Notes: generated from the sequence alone by a model not told the origin. 64,000 bases of DNA from Escherichia coli (GCF_044324875.1 NZ_CP172185.1), one strand, 5' to 3'. Numbered from the stretch's first letter, positions 47,365 through 59,985 are shown. Translations and numbers: made by a program.

Positions 47365-48261
47365 GTGAAACAGGATCTGGCACGCATCGAGCAGTTTCTT
47401 GATGCTCTGTGGCTGGAAAAAAATCTGGCTGAAAATACGTTGAACGCATACCGTCGCGATCTGTCAATGATGGTGGAGTGGTTGCATCACCGCGGGTTGA
47501 CGCTGGCGACGGCGCAAAGTGACGATTTGCAGGCATTACTGGCAGAAAGGCTGGAGGGCGGGTATAAAGCCACCAGCTCAGCGCGTTTGCTGAGTGCAGT
47601 GCGCCGATTGTTCCAGTATCTTTATCGCGAAAAGTTTCGTGAAGACGATCCCAGTGCGCATCTCGCTTCACCGAAATTGCCCCAGCGTTTGCCAAAAGAT
47701 TTAAGCGAAGCGCAGGTCGAACGTTTATTGCAGGCACCATTAATTGATCAGCCACTGGAGCTACGCGATAAAGCCATGCTTGAAGTGTTGTATGCTACAG
47801 GGCTGCGTGTCTCTGAACTGGTCGGGCTGACAATGAGTGATATCAGCCTGCGTCAGGGCGTAGTGCGGGTCATTGGTAAAGGCAACAAAGAGCGCCTGGT
47901 ACCGTTAGGTGAAGAGGCGGTTTACTGGCTGGAAACGTATCTCGAGCATGGGCGACCGTGGTTGTTGAACGGTGTCTCTATTGATGTGTTGTTCCCCAGC
48001 CAGCGTGCGCAGCAGATGACGCGACAGACCTTCTGGCACCGCATTAAACATTATGCCGTGCTGGCGGGTATCGACAGCGAAAAGCTGTCACCGCATGTGT
48101 TGCGTCACGCTTTTGCCACTCATTTATTAAATCATGGTGCGGATTTACGCGTGGTGCAGATGCTACTGGGCCACAGCGATCTCTCCACCACGCAAATTTA
48201 TACGCATGTCGCTACCGAGCGTCTGCGGCAACTTCATCAACAGCATCACCCGCGGGCGTGA
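47365..48261 (+). CDS. xerD: Tyrosine recombinase XerD
   Basis: 298 aa; GTG start; catalytic R..HxxR..Y signature (LRHAFATHLL ... IYTHV). Confidence 0.95.
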   Translation: MKQDLARIEQFLDALWLEKNLAENTLNAYRRDLSMMVEWLHHRGLTLATAQSDDLQALLAERLEGGYKATSSARLLSAVRRLFQYLYREKFREDDPSAHLASPKLPQRLPKDLSEAQVERLLQAPLIDQPLELRDKAMLEVLYATGLRVSELVGLTMSDISLRQGVVRVIGKGNKERLVPLGEEAVYWLETYLEHGRPWLLNGVSIDVLFPSQRAQQMTRQTFWHRIKHYAVLAGIDSEKLSPHVLRHAFATHLLNHGADLRVVQMLLGHSDLSTTQIYTHVATERLRQLHQQHHPRA

Positions 48262-48285
48262 TGTCTGAAAAGAACGGGAAGATTT

Positions 48286-48996
48286 ATGAAGAAAGGTTTT
48301 ATGTTGTTTACTTTGTTAGCGGCGTTTTCAGGCTTTGCTCAGGCTGATGACGCGGCAATTCAACAAACGTTAGCCAAAATGGGCATCAAAAGCAGCGATA
48401 TTCAGCCTGCGCCCGTAGCGGGCATGAAGACAGTTCTGACTAACAGCGGTGTGTTGTACATCACCGATGATGGTAAACATATCATTCAGGGGCCAATGTA
48501 TGACGTTAGTGGCACGGCTCCGGTCAATGTCACCAATAAGATGCTGTTAAAGCAGTTGAATGCGCTTGAAAAAGAGATGATCGTTTATAAAGCGCCGCAG
48601 GAAAAACACGTCATCACCGTGTTTACTGATATTACCTGTGGTTACTGCCACAAACTGCATGAGCAAATGGCAGACTATAACGCGCTGGGGATCACCGTGC
48701 GTTATCTTGCTTTCCCGCGCCAGGGGCTGGATAGCGATGCAGAGAAAGAAATGAAAGCTATCTGGTGTGCGAAAGATAAAAACAAAGCGTTTGATGATGT
48801 GATGGCCGGTAAAAGCGTCGCACCAGCCAGCTGCGACGTGGATATTGCCGACCATTACGCACTTGGCGTCCAGCTTGGCGTTAGCGGTACTCCGGCAATT
48901 GTGCTGAGCAATGGCACACTTGTTCCGGGTTACCAGCCGCCGAAAGAGATGAAAGAATTCCTCGACGAACACCAAAAAATGACTAGCGGTAAATAA
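48286..48996 (+). CDS. dsbC: Thiol:disulfide interchange protein DsbC
   Basis: 236 aa with signal peptide; CGYC active site. Confidence 0.95.
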   Translation: MKKGFMLFTLLAAFSGFAQADDAAIQQTLAKMGIKSSDIQPAPVAGMKTVLTNSGVLYITDDGKHIIQGPMYDVSGTAPVNVTNKMLLKQLNALEKEMIVYKAPQEKHVITVFTDITCGYCHKLHEQMADYNALGITVRYLAFPRQGLDSDAEKEMKAIWCAKDKNKAFDDVMAGKSVAPASCDVDIADHYALGVQLGVSGTPAIVLSNGTLVPGYQPPKEMKEFLDEHQKMTSGK

Positions 48997-49001
48997 TTCG
49001 C

Positions 49002-50735
49002 GTGAAACAACAGATACAACTTCGTCGCCGTGAAGTCGATGAAACGGCAGACTTGCCCGCTGAATTGCCTCCCTTGCTGCGCCGTTTATACGCCAGCCGG
49101 GGAGTACGCAGTGCGCAAGAACTGGAACGCAGTGTTAAAGGTATGTTGCCCTGGCAGCAACTGAGCGGCGTCGAAAAGGCCGTTGAGATCCTTTACAACG
49201 CTTTTCGCGAAGGAACGCGGATTATTGTGGTCGGTGATTTCGACGCCGACGGCGCGACCAGCACGGCTCTAAGCGTGCTGGCGATGCGCTCGCTTGGTTG
49301 CAGCAATATCGACTACCTGGTACCAAACCGTTTCGAAGACGGTTACGGCTTAAGCCCGGAAGTGGTCGATCAGGCTCATGCCCGTGGCGCGCAGTTAATT
49401 GTCACGGTGGATAACGGTATTTCCTCCCATGCGGGGGTTGAACACGCTCGTTCGTTGGGCATTCCGGTTATTGTTACCGATCACCATTTGCCAGGCGACA
49501 CATTACCCGCAGCGGAAGCGATCATTAACCCTAACTTGCGCGACTGTAATTTCCCGTCGAAATCACTGGCAGGCGTGGGTGTGGCGTTTTATCTGATGCT
49601 GGCGCTGCGCACCTTTTTGCGCGATCAGGGCTGGTTTGATGAGCGCGGCATCGCAATTCCTAATCTGGCAGAACTGCTGGATCTGGTCGCGCTGGGGACA
49701 GTAGCGGACGTCGTGCCGCTGGACGCTAATAATCGCATTCTGACCTGGCAGGGGATGAGTCGCATCCGTGCCGGAAAGTGCCGTCCGGGGATTAAAGCGC
49801 TGCTGGAAGTGGCCAATCGCGATCCACAAAAACTCGCCGCCAGCGATTTAGGTTTTGCGCTGGGGCCACGTCTCAATGCTGCCGGGCGACTGGACGATAT
49901 GTCCGTTGGCGTGGCGCTGTTGCTGTGCGACAACATCGGCGAAGCGCGCGTGCTGGCAAATGAACTCGATGCGCTAAACCAGACGCGAAAAGAGATCGAA
50001 CAGGGAATGCAAGTTGAAGCCCTGACCTTGTGCGAGAAACTGGAGCGCAGCCGCGACACGCTACCCGGCGGGCTGGCAATGTATCACCCCGAATGGCATC
50101 AGGGCGTTGTCGGTATTCTGGCTTCGCGCATCAAAGAGCGTTTTCATCGTCCGGTTATCGCCTTTGCGCCAGCAGGTGATGGTACGCTGAAAGGTTCCGG
50201 TCGCTCCATTCAGGGGCTGCATATGCGTGATGCGCTGGAGCGATTAGACACACTCTACCCCGGCATGATGCTCAAGTTTGGCGGTCATGCGATGGCGGCG
50301 GGTTTGTCGCTGGAAGAGGATAAATTCGAACTCTTTCAACAACGGTTTGGCGAACTGGTTACTGAGTGGCTGGACCCTTCGCTATTGCAAGGCGAAGTGG
50401 TGTCGGACGGTCCGTTAAGTCCGGCCGAAATGACCATGGAAGTGGCGCAGCTGTTGCGCGATGCTGGCCCGTGGGGGCAGATGTTCCCGGAGCCGCTGTT
50501 TGACGGTCATTTCCGTCTGCTGCAACAGCGACTGGTGGGCGAACGTCATTTGAAGGTGATGGTCGAGCCGGTCGGCGGCGGTCCGCTGCTGGATGGTATT
50601 GCTTTTAATGTCGATACCGCCCTCTGGCCGGATAACGGCGTGCGCGAAGTGCAACTGGCTTACAAGCTCGATATCAACGAGTTTCGCGGCAACCGCAGCC
50701 TGCAAATTATCATCGACAATATCTGGCCAATTTAG
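49002..50735 (+). CDS. recJ: Single-stranded-DNA-specific exonuclease RecJ
   Basis: 577 aa; GTG start; DHH/DHHA1 motifs. Confidence 0.95.
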   Translation: MKQQIQLRRREVDETADLPAELPPLLRRLYASRGVRSAQELERSVKGMLPWQQLSGVEKAVEILYNAFREGTRIIVVGDFDADGATSTALSVLAMRSLGCSNIDYLVPNRFEDGYGLSPEVVDQAHARGAQLIVTVDNGISSHAGVEHARSLGIPVIVTDHHLPGDTLPAAEAIINPNLRDCNFPSKSLAGVGVAFYLMLALRTFLRDQGWFDERGIAIPNLAELLDLVALGTVADVVPLDANNRILTWQGMSRIRAGKCRPGIKALLEVANRDPQKLAASDLGFALGPRLNAAGRLDDMSVGVALLLCDNIGEARVLANELDALNQTRKEIEQGMQVEALTLCEKLERSRDTLPGGLAMYHPEWHQGVVGILASRIKERFHRPVIAFAPAGDGTLKGSGRSIQGLHMRDALERLDTLYPGMMLKFGGHAMAAGLSLEEDKFELFQQRFGELVTEWLDPSLLQGEVVSDGPLSPAEMTMEVAQLLRDAGPWGQMFPEPLFDGHFRLLQQRLVGERHLKVMVEPVGGGPLLDGIAFNVDTALWPDNGVREVQLAYKLDINEFRGNRSLQIIIDNIWPI

Positions 50736-50825
50736 CGTCATCTTCTCTATAAAAAAGAGCGTGGATTGGGTACAATCCCGCTCTTATCACCGCATTTTGA
50801 CTAGCTCAATAAAAGAAATCAGACC

Positions 50826-51924
50826 ATGTTTGAAATTAATCCGGTAAATAATCGCATTCAGGACCTCACGGAACGCTCCGACGTTCTTAGGGGGTATCTT
50901 TGACTATGACGCCAAGAAAGAGCGTCTGGAAGAAGTAAACGCCGAGCTGGAACAGCCGGATGTCTGGAACGAACCTGAACGCGCACAGGCGCTGGGTAAA
51001 GAGCGTTCCTCCCTCGAAGCCGTTGTCGACACCCTTGACCAAATGAAACAGGGGCTGGAAGATGTTTTTGGTCTGCTGGAACTGGCTGTAGAAGCTGACG
51101 ACGAAGAAACCTTTAACGAAGCCGTTGCTGAACTCGACGCTCTGGAAGAAAAACTGGCGCAGCTTGAGTTCCGCCGTATGTTCTCTGGCGAATATGACAG
51201 CGCCGACTGCTACCTCGATATTCAGGCGGGGTCTGGCGGTACGGAAGCACAGGACTGGGCGAGCATGCTTGAGCGTATGTATCTGCGCTGGGCAGAATCG
51301 CGTGGTTTCAAAACTGAAATCATCGAAGAGTCGGAAGGTGAAGTGGCGGGTATTAAATCCGTGACGATCAAAATCTCCGGCGATTACGCTTACGGCTGGC
51401 TGCGTACAGAAACTGGCGTTCACCGCCTGGTGCGTAAGAGCCCGTTTGACTCCGGCGGTCGTCGCCACACGTCGTTCAGCTCCGCGTTTGTTTACCCGGA
51501 AGTTGATGACGATATCGATATCGAAATCAATCCGGCGGATCTGCGCATCGACGTTTATCGCGCGTCCGGCGCGGGCGGTCAGCACGTTAACCGTACCGAA
51601 TCTGCGGTGCGTATTACTCACATCCCAACTGGGATCGTGACCCAGTGCCAGAACGACCGTTCCCAGCACAAGAACAAAGACCAGGCCATGAAGCAGATGA
51701 AAGCGAAGCTTTATGAACTGGAGATGCAGAAGAAAAATGCCGAGAAGCAGGCGATGGAAGATAACAAATCCGACATCGGCTGGGGCAGCCAGATTCGTTC
51801 TTATGTCCTTGATGACTCCCGCATTAAAGATCTGCGTACCGGGGTAGAAACCCGTAACACGCAGGCCGTGCTGGACGGCAGCCTGGATCAATTTATCGAA
51901 GCAAGTTTGAAAGCAGGGTTATGA
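50826..51924 (+). CDS. prfB: Peptide chain release factor 2, requiring a programmed +1 frameshift
   Basis: Frame 0 runs 50826–50900 ([25 protein letters not shown]), then CTT TGA C at 50898–50904; the +1 frame continues 50902–51924 ([12 protein letters not shown]...SPGQ motif...KAGL); AGGGGG Shine-Dalgarno-like element just upstream of the shift site. Confidence 0.95.
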
Positions 51925-51933
51925 GGAACCAAC

Positions 51934-53451
51934 ATGTCTGAACAACACGCACAGGGCGCTGACGCGGTAGTCGATCTTAACAATGAACTGAAAACGCGTC
52001 GTGAGAAGCTGGCGAACCTGCGCGAGCAGGGGATTGCCTTCCCGAACGATTTCCGTCGCGATCATACCTCTGACCAATTGCACGCAGAATTCGACGGTAA
52101 AGAGAACGAAGAACTGGAAGCGCTGAACATCGAAGTCGCCGTTGCTGGCCGCATGATGACCCGCCGTATTATGGGTAAAGCGTCTTTCGTTACCCTGCAG
52201 GATGTGGGTGGCCGCATTCAGCTGTACGTTGCCCGTGACGATCTGCCGGAAGGCGTTTACAACGAGCAGTTCAAAAAATGGGACCTCGGCGACATCCTCG
52301 GCGCGAAAGGTAAACTGTTCAAAACCAAAACCGGCGAACTGTCTATCCACTGCACCGAGCTGCGTCTGCTGACCAAAGCACTGCGTCCGCTGCCGGACAA
52401 ATTCCACGGCTTGCAGGATCAGGAAGCGCGCTATCGTCAGCGTTATCTGGATCTCATCTCTAACGATGAATCCCGCAACACCTTTAAAGTGCGCTCGCAG
52501 ATCCTCTCTGGTATTCGCCAGTTCATGGTGAACCGCGGCTTTATGGAAGTTGAAACGCCGATGATGCAGGTGATCCCAGGCGGTGCCGCTGCGCGTCCGT
52601 TTATCACCCACCATAATGCGCTGGATCTCGACATGTACCTGCGTATCGCGCCGGAACTGTACCTCAAGCGTCTGGTGGTCGGTGGCTTCGAGCGTGTATT
52701 CGAAATCAACCGTAACTTCCGTAACGAAGGTATTTCCGTACGTCATAACCCAGAGTTCACCATGATGGAACTCTATATGGCTTACGCAGATTACAAAGAT
52801 CTTATCGAGCTGACCGAATCGCTGTTCCGTACTCTGGCACAGGATATTCTCGGTAAGACGGAAGTGACCTACGGCGACGTAACGCTGGACTTCGGTAAGC
52901 CGTTCGAAAAACTGACCATGCGTGAAGCGATCAAGAAATATCGCCCGGAAACCGACATGGCAGATCTGGACAACTTCGACTCTGCGAAAGCGATTGCTGA
53001 ATCTATCGGTATCCACGTTGAGAAGAGCTGGGGTCTGGGCCGTATCGTTACCGAGATCTTCGAAGAAGTGGCAGAAGCACATCTGATTCAGCCGACCTTC
53101 ATTACTGAATATCCGGCAGAAGTTTCTCCGCTGGCGCGTCGTAACGACGTTAACCCGGAAATCACTGACCGCTTTGAGTTCTTTATCGGTGGTCGTGAAA
53201 TCGGTAACGGCTTTAGCGAGCTGAATGACGCGGAAGATCAGGCGCAGCGCTTCCTGGATCAGGTTGCCGCGAAAGACGCAGGCGACGACGAAGCGATGTT
53301 CTACGACGAAGATTACGTCACCGCACTGGAACATGGCTTACCGCCGACAGCAGGTCTGGGAATTGGTATCGACCGTATGGTAATGCTGTTCACCAACAGC
53401 CATACCATCCGCGACGTTATTCTGTTCCCGGCGATGCGTCCGGTGAAATAA
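51934..53451 (+). CDS. lysS: Lysine--tRNA ligase (constitutive)
   Basis: 505 aa starting [44 protein letters not shown]. Confidence 0.97.
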
Positions 53452-53471
53452 GCATTACGTTATGCTCACAA

Positions 53472-53495
53472 CCCCGGCAAATGTCGGGGTTTTTT
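53472..53495 (+). terminator. lysS intrinsic terminator (shared with convergent idi)
   Basis: ccccggcaaatgtcgggg hairpin followed by a T6 tract. Confidence 0.7.
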
Positions 53496-54042
53496 AATTG
53501 TGCTGCGCGAAAGCAGACAACAATTTTCTTGCTTCACTATTGGCTGCCTGCATCACCATCCACGGACTGAACGCCCACGGCGTGGCATCAATACCACGTA
53601 ATACATCTGCTAAATCACACCATTGATAATCCATCACTTCATCATCGTTGATCTGTAACGCACTGGTGGTGCGTGCGGCAAATACCGGACACACTTCATT
53701 TTCCACAATGCCATTCGGATCGGTGGCGCGGTAGCGAAAGTCAGGATAGACCGGTTCTGGTGCTGTTATTTCCACACCCAGTTCAAAGCGGCAACGGCGG
53801 ATCACCGCGTCTTCGTTGCTTTCGCCCATTTGTGGGTGCCCACAAACCGAGTTAGTCCACACGCCCGGCCACGCTTTTTTGCTAAGGGCGCGGCGGGTAA
53901 CTAATAATTGCCCTTTGGCATTAAACAGCCAACTGGAGAACGCGAGATGTAAGAGAGTGTCTGCCGTGTGTGCGGCATACTTTTCCAGCGTACCCGTGGG
54001 AACTCCCTGTGCATTCAATAAAATGACGTGTTCCGTTTGCAT
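53494..54042 (-). CDS. idi: Isopentenyl-diphosphate delta-isomerase
   Basis: 182 aa starting [25 protein letters not shown]; Nudix-like fold motifs. Confidence 0.93.
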   Translation of the reverse strand: MQTEHVILLNAQGVPTGTLEKYAAHTADTLLHLAFSSWLFNAKGQLLVTRRALSKKAWPGVWTNSVCGHPQMGESNEDAVIRRCRFELGVEITAPEPVYPDFRYRATDPNGIVENEVCPVFAARTTSALQINDDEVMDYQWCDLADVLRGIDATPWAFSPWMVMQAANSEARKLLSAFAQHN

Positions 54043-54290
54043 AATTTCTCACATGTAATTCTAATCACTCATCATTATAGATAATTGAAGAGTGAAATGA
54101 TTAACCAAGTGAGCGTTTATCGACAACCGCCCGTTTTGAGCGGATGTCGACAGGTAAAACCATTTAAAAAAGCAGCATCATATATTTGAAGCGACTTTCA
54201 ATGGCCATTGCAACACAGTCAGAAATGACAGGAATAGAGAGAGTAAAAAGCAACAACAGACTGAATATAGCGCGCATTAAAAGATTCATA

Positions 54291-55739
54291 TTATTCTCCA
54301 TGCTCATTTTTCTTCAGCTTGCGCATCAGAAGCCACATACGTACTGTCCTGACTTTTAAATCTTTATCAGAGACGGATTCCTTCACCAGATCAGCATGAT
54401 GCTGATAGCCATTAAAGAAGACGTTCAGCACAACGGCGCTAAGGGTTGCGAGCATAATGCCGCTATGCAGCAACGATTGCAGTACGGCCGGTAACTTAGA
54501 AAAGAAATCGTGAGAGAGCGTCGGAGTCATGCCAACGCCGAGACTGATCGCCACAATATAGAGGTTGTAACGGTTGGTGGTGTAGTTACAGCGCGACAGA
54601 ATTCGAATCCCTGTCGCCAGTACCATGCCGAACATCACCAGCCCAGCGCCGCCCAGCACAAATTGCGGAATGGAGGCGACCAGCACCGCCATTTTTGGCA
54701 CCATGCCAAACAGGATTAATATAATTCCCGAAGAAATACACACCCAGCGGCTATGAACGCGCGTCACGCTAACCAGGCCAACGTTTTGTGAAAATGAAGT
54801 GTGGGGGAAGCTGTTAAACGTTCCGCCTATCATTGTCCCTACGCCATCGACACGCAGCCCGCGAATAATATCGTGTGAAGAGAGTTTACGACCAACTATT
54901 TCACCCAGTGCCAGGAACATCCCCATCGACTCGATAAACACGATGATTAACACGGCAGTCATGGTCAGAATGGAAACGGGATCGAAAATCGGCATACCAA
55001 ATGACATCGGCGTGACAATCGCAAACCATGAAGCATCATGTAGCCCGGATAAATTGACTTCATTCATCATCCACGAAAGTAAAAAGCCAAATACAATCCC
55101 CAGTAATACGGCGACGTTGGACATAAATCCTTTCGCATAGCGAGTAATGAGCAAGATAAAAATTAAGACGGCAAAGGAGATACCTAAATAAACGGGATTA
55201 CCATATTGCGGATTCCCTTTACCTCCGGCGGCCCAGTCAATACCCACCTGAATGATGCTAAGCCCGATAGAAGTAATCACCACACCGGTAACCAGTGGCG
55301 GGAATAAAGGCATCAAGCGACCGATAAGTGGCGCTAATAATGTGGTGATAAAACCCGCGGCGATAGTGGCACCGAATATCCCCAGCAGGCCGATATCCGG
55401 GTTCATGCCAATGGCTATCATTGGTGTTACAGCGGCGAAGGTCACTGACATAATCACCGGCAGGCGGATCCCCATAAAGCGGCCGATACCGATACATTGC
55501 AATAATGTGACGATCCCGCAGCAAAAGAGATCCGAGCTAATGAGCATCGCAATAGCTTCTTTTGAGAGGCCCAGTCGGTCACCAATCATAAGAGGAACAG
55601 CGACTGCACCTGCGTACATGACAAGGACGTGTTGCAGACCGAGTATGATCAGCTTTCCTGGTGATAATATGCGGTCAACCTCATCAGTTGGGCGGTCTTG
55701 CCCAGAAGATGAGGGAAGTTGGGAATCTATGGCGCTCAT
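54291..55739 (-). CDS. uacT: Uric acid/xanthine permease (NAT/NCS2 family)
   Basis: 482 aa from MSAIDSQLPSSSGQDRPTDEV; multi-pass membrane protein; the longer ORF in the track is an N-terminal extension. Confidence 0.9.
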   Translation of the reverse strand: MSAIDSQLPSSSGQDRPTDEVDRILSPGKLIILGLQHVLVMYAGAVAVPLMIGDRLGLSKEAIAMLISSDLFCCGIVTLLQCIGIGRFMGIRLPVIMSVTFAAVTPMIAIGMNPDIGLLGIFGATIAAGFITTLLAPLIGRLMPLFPPLVTGVVITSIGLSIIQVGIDWAAGGKGNPQYGNPVYLGISFAVLIFILLITRYAKGFMSNVAVLLGIVFGFLLSWMMNEVNLSGLHDASWFAIVTPMSFGMPIFDPVSILTMTAVLIIVFIESMGMFLALGEIVGRKLSSHDIIRGLRVDGVGTMIGGTFNSFPHTSFSQNVGLVSVTRVHSRWVCISSGIILILFGMVPKMAVLVASIPQFVLGGAGLVMFGMVLATGIRILSRCNYTTNRYNLYIVAISLGVGMTPTLSHDFFSKLPAVLQSLLHSGIMLATLSAVVLNVFFNGYQHHADLVKESVSDKDLKVRTVRMWLLMRKLKKNEHGE

Positions 55740-56174
55740 CAGTGTTTCTCCTTTCGCCCGCCAGAGTAAAAAGCAACCGTTTACGTTAATGAAACTGTCT
55801 AAACACATGCTCGTGGAGTGCCAGTTTTTGCGAGGAAGGGGAGTTAGAGACAGGAATTGCGGAGGCAATCACATAATCGTGGTTAAACCACGAAAATGAG
55901 AAGAGAACCTGACAATGGAATTATCTGTAATTTTCTCATATTGATATTTCATTAATCATTCTGGCATGTCGCACTCTCGCATTTAATCGTTTTTATCTGG
56001 ATAGCGCTCTTTTGGTCGGCAATGTTGAAGTAATGAAAGCGGCACAGATTGAGGGGCAATAATTTGAACTCAGTCGCAAAATTATAATTAAATCGGTCAT
56101 GCTACCTAATATATGCCCGTTTATTGCATCGCGAAATTTGAGAAGACATAACTCATTAAATGAAAGGGATGCAA

Positions 56175-58094
56175 ATGAATAAGTTTATCGCTGCTGAAGC
56201 TGCGGAATGTATAGGCTGTCATGCTTGTGAAATTGCCTGTGCGATGGCACATAATCAAGAAAACTGGCCGCTGAGTCACAGTGACTTTCGACCGCGTATC
56301 CACGTTGTAGGGAAAGGCCAGGCTGCGAATCCGGTGGCCTGCCATCACTGCAACAATGCCCCTTGCGTTACGGCTTGTCCGGTTAATGCTCTGACTTTCC
56401 AGCCCGATAGCGTACAACTGGACGAGCAAAAATGTATTGGTTGTAAAAGATGCGCAATCGCTTGCCCCTTTGGCGTCGTTGAGATGGTCGATACGATTGC
56501 GCAGAAATGCGACCTTTGTAACCAGCGTAGTTCCGGCACGCAAGCCTGTATTGAAGTCTGCCCAACACAGGCGTTACGGCTGATGGACGATAAAGGGTTA
56601 CAGCAGATAAAGGTGGCCCGCCAGCGCAAAACGGCAGCAGGAAAAGCGTCATCAGACGCTCAGCCATCTCGCAGTGCAGCGTTGCTCCCCGTTAACTCGC
56701 GTAAAGGCGCAGATAAAATTTCAGCGAGTGAACGGAAAACCCACTTTGGTGAAATCTATTGCGGGCTGGATCCACAACAAGCGACTTATGAGAGTGACCG
56801 CTGTGTTTATTGTGCCGAAAAAGCTAACTGCAACTGGCATTGCCCGCTGCATAACGCTATTCCGGATTACATCCGTCTGGTGCAGGAAGGAAAGATTATT
56901 GAAGCGGCAGAACTTTGCCACCAGACCAGTTCCTTACCAGAAATTTGCGGCAGAGTTTGCCCACAGGACCGTCTTTGTGAAGGCGCATGTACTTTGAAAG
57001 ATCACTCTGGCGCAGTCACTATCGGTAATCTGGAACGCTACATCACCGATACCGCGCTGGCGATGGGCTGGCGTCCCGATGTCAGCAAAGTTGTTCCCCG
57101 TAGCGAAAAAGTGGCGGTGATTGGCGCTGGGCCTGCAGGGTTAGGGTGTGCTGATATTCTGGCGCGCGCAGGAGTTCAGGTTGATGTCTTTGATCGCCAT
57201 CCAGAAATTGGCGGTATGCTGACTTTTGGCATACCTCCTTTCAAACTCGATAAAACGGTATTAAGCCAGCGGCGAGAGATATTCACCGCAATGGGAATCG
57301 ACTTTCATCTTAATTGTGAAATTGGCCGCGATATTACCTTTGGCGATTTAACTTCTGAATATGATGCAGTTTTCATCGGCGTGGGGACTTACGGGATGAT
57401 GCGAGCAGATCTGCCGCATGAAGATGCGCCCGGTGTCATTCAGGCTCTACCGTTCCTGACTGCCCATACCCGCCAGCTCATGGGGTTGCCGGAGTCTGCA
57501 GAGTATCCGCTGACGGATGTGGAAGGTAAGCGAGTCGTGGTATTGGGCGGTGGCGATACGACCATGGATTGTTTGAGGACCTCCATCCGCCTCAATGCCG
57601 CCAGCGTGACCTGCGCGTATCGTCGTGATGAAGTCAGTATGCCGGGCTCGCGCAAAGAGGTGGTCAATGCGCGCGAGGAAGGTGTCGAGTTTCAGTTCAA
57701 TGTTCAGCCGCAATATATCGCTTGTGACGAAGATGGGCGTTTAACTGCGGTGGGCCTGATTCGTACCGCCATGGGTGAGCCGGGGCCGGATGGTCGCCGT
57801 CGTCCTCGTCCGGTAGCGGGTTCAGAGTTTGAATTGCCCGCCGATGTTCTCATTATGGCCTTTGGTTTCCAGGCGCATGCCATGCCGTGGTTGCAGGGCA
57901 GCGGAATTAAACTCGATAAATGGGGCCTGATTCAAACCGGTGACGTTGGGTATTTACCTACCCAGACGCATCTGAAAAAAGTCTTTGCTGGTGGTGATGC
58001 AGTTCATGGCGCGGATCTGGTTGTCACTGCAATGGCCGCAGGAAGGCAGGCGGCGCGCGATATGTTAACTCTGTTTGATACGAAGGCATCGTGA
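56175..58094 (+). CDS. ygfT: Fused 4Fe-4S ferredoxin / NADPH-dependent oxidoreductase (GltD-like)
   Basis: 639 aa from [22 protein letters not shown]; multiple CxxCxxCxxxCP clusters and a GxGxxG dinucleotide-binding domain. Confidence 0.9.
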   Translation: MNKFIAAEAAECIGCHACEIACAMAHNQENWPLSHSDFRPRIHVVGKGQAANPVACHHCNNAPCVTACPVNALTFQPDSVQLDEQKCIGCKRCAIACPFGVVEMVDTIAQKCDLCNQRSSGTQACIEVCPTQALRLMDDKGLQQIKVARQRKTAAGKASSDAQPSRSAALLPVNSRKGADKISASERKTHFGEIYCGLDPQQATYESDRCVYCAEKANCNWHCPLHNAIPDYIRLVQEGKIIEAAELCHQTSSLPEICGRVCPQDRLCEGACTLKDHSGAVTIGNLERYITDTALAMGWRPDVSKVVPRSEKVAVIGAGPAGLGCADILARAGVQVDVFDRHPEIGGMLTFGIPPFKLDKTVLSQRREIFTAMGIDFHLNCEIGRDITFGDLTSEYDAVFIGVGTYGMMRADLPHEDAPGVIQALPFLTAHTRQLMGLPESAEYPLTDVEGKRVVVLGGGDTTMDCLRTSIRLNAASVTCAYRRDEVSMPGSRKEVVNAREEGVEFQFNVQPQYIACDEDGRLTAVGLIRTAMGEPGPDGRRRPRPVAGSEFELPADVLIMAFGFQAHAMPWLQGSGIKLDKWGLIQTGDVGYLPTQTHLKKVFAGGDAVHGADLVVTAMAAGRQAARDMLTLFDTKAS

Positions 58095-58582
58095 TGAAAT
58101 CGTTAATTATCGTTAATCCGGCTGACTGTATTGGCTGCCGTACTTGTGAAGTGGCCTGTGTGGTCGCTCACCCTTCAGAACAGGAGTTGAATGCCGATGT
58201 CTTTTTACCCCGGCTGAAGGTACAGCGACTGGACAGCATCAGTGCGCCGGTGATGTGCCATCAGTGTGAAAATGCCCCTTGTGTTAGCGCTTGCCCCGTG
58301 GGGGCGCTGACGATGGGCGAGCAGGTGGTGCAGACCAATTCTGCCCGTTGTATTGGCTGTCAGAGTTGCGTCAGTGCGTGCCCGTTTGGAATGATCACCA
58401 TTCAGTCGTTGCCGGGGGATACCCGGCAACAAATCGTGAAATGCGATCTCTGTGAACAGCGGGAAGAGGGGCCAGCCTGCGTTGAATCTTGCCCAACACA
58501 GGCGCTGCAGTTGCTTACTGAAAGAGAACTCAGGCGAGTCCGCCAGCAGCGTATTGTTGCCAGCGGTAAGAATCCTCTCTGA
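58094..58582 (+). CDS. ygfS: 4Fe-4S ferredoxin-type protein
   Basis: 162 aa from [22 protein letters not shown]; start overlaps the ygfT stop (TGATG). Confidence 0.88.
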   Translation: MKSLIIVNPADCIGCRTCEVACVVAHPSEQELNADVFLPRLKVQRLDSISAPVMCHQCENAPCVSACPVGALTMGEQVVQTNSARCIGCQSCVSACPFGMITIQSLPGDTRQQIVKCDLCEQREEGPACVESCPTQALQLLTERELRRVRQQRIVASGKNPL

Positions 58583-58588
58583 AAGAAA

Positions 58589-58612
58589 TCTCCGCGCTGA
58601 AAGGCGCGGAGA
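58589..58612. terminator. Hairpin between convergent ygfS and ghxQ
   Basis: tctccgcgcTGAAAGgcgcggaga perfect inverted repeat; T-rich on the minus-strand side. Confidence 0.5.
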
Positions 58613-58617
58613 ATCTA

Positions 58618-59985
58618 TTAGATTGCCCAACCGCCCGCGTAAAATGCGACCAGTGCGGCAGTAATGATCACCGTACCAATATTCAGCTTTTGCCATTCGC
58701 GTGCAAAGACGCGGCCTACGACCAGTGTCACAAAGCCCAGCATAATACCGGTAACGATATTACAAGTCAGAACGATGAACACGGCACACACCAGGCCAGC
58801 CATTGCGTCAATAAAATCATTGAAATCCAGCTTCGAGACGTTACTTAACATCAGCAAACCTACGTACATCAGAGCGGGTGCAGTGGCGTAACCAGGGATC
58901 AAAAATGACAACGGTGATAAGAACAAAATCAGCAGGAATAACGCCCCCACTACGGTTGCGGTCAACCCTGTTTTACCCCCGGCGGCGGTTCCTGCCGCTG
59001 ATTCGATATAAACCGCTGCGGGCGCTGCGCCCACCAGGCCGGAGAATATTGAACTTACTGAGTCACTGGTCAGGGCTTTGCCGCCGTTGATGATCTGGTT
59101 GTCTTTATCCAACAAATTCGCCTGACCGGCGACGGCACGGATGGTACCAGTGGCGTCGAACACTGCGGTCATCACCAATGCTAGTACACTCGGAAGTACA
59201 GTTGGCTGGAGTGCGCCCATAATATCGAGGCTGAAAATCAGAGACTTACCATCTTCGCCAGTCAGGCTTGGCATCGCCACCAGACCGTGGTATTTCACCG
59301 CTGGATCAAAGATTAAGCCGATGATCGAGATGGCAATAATCACCAACAAGATCCCGCCGGGTACGCGGCACTTTTCCAGACCGAAGATGACCGCCAGCCC
59401 CAGCAAGCTCATCATCACCGGGAAGGAGGTAAACGCACCGAGCGCCACTGGCAAGCCTTCAATCGGGTTTTTGATAACCATTCCCACACCGTTAGCAGCA
59501 ATCAGCAGCAGAAACAGGCCGATACCGATACCTGTACCGTGAGCGATACCCATGGGCAAATTGCGTAAGATCCAGGTACGCACACCGGTTACGGAAATGG
59601 CGGTGAAGATGACGCCCATCAGAAAGACCGCGCCCAGTGCGACAGGAACGCTAATTTGTTGCCCGAGAACCAGACTGAATGCGGTAAACGCCGTCAAGGA
59701 AATCGCGCAACCAATCGCCATTGGCAAATTGGCCCATAATCCCATCAGCAACGAGCCGAAGCCCGCGACCAGACAGGTGGCAACAAACACAGCTGCGGGA
59801 GGAAAACCTGCTTTGCCCAGCATTCCCGGAACGACGATAACGGAATAAACCATGGCCAGAAAGGTCGTTAAGCCAGCCAGTACTTCCTGACGAACGGTAC
59901 TGCCACGAGCGGTAATTTTAAAATAATTATCCAGCGCGCCCTGTGGCTTTGGTGCGTCCGGTGTTTGTAGGATGTCTCCAGACAT
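58618..59985 (-). CDS. ghxQ: Guanine/hypoxanthine permease (NCS2/AzgA-like)
   Basis: 455 aa starting [34 protein letters not shown]. Confidence 0.9.
   Translation of the reverse strand: MSGDILQTPDAPKPQGALDNYFKITARGSTVRQEVLAGLTTFLAMVYSVIVVPGMLGKAGFPPAAVFVATCLVAGFGSLLMGLWANLPMAIGCAISLTAFTAFSLVLGQQISVPVALGAVFLMGVIFTAISVTGVRTWILRNLPMGIAHGTGIGIGLFLLLIAANGVGMVIKNPIEGLPVALGAFTSFPVMMSLLGLAVIFGLEKCRVPGGILLVIIAISIIGLIFDPAVKYHGLVAMPSLTGEDGKSLIFSLDIMGALQPTVLPSVLALVMTAVFDATGTIRAVAGQANLLDKDNQIINGGKALTSDSVSSIFSGLVGAAPAAVYIESAAGTAAGGKTGLTATVVGALFLLILFLSPLSFLIPGYATAPALMYVGLLMLSNVSKLDFNDFIDAMAGLVCAVFIVLTCNIVTGIMLGFVTLVVGRVFAREWQKLNIGTVIITAALVAFYAGGWAI

Noticed and set aside
51919-53334. 471-aa ORF antisense to lysS, and 334-aa ORF (50887–51891) antisense to prfB
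   Set aside because: Antisense frames of strongly conserved genes; no independent support.
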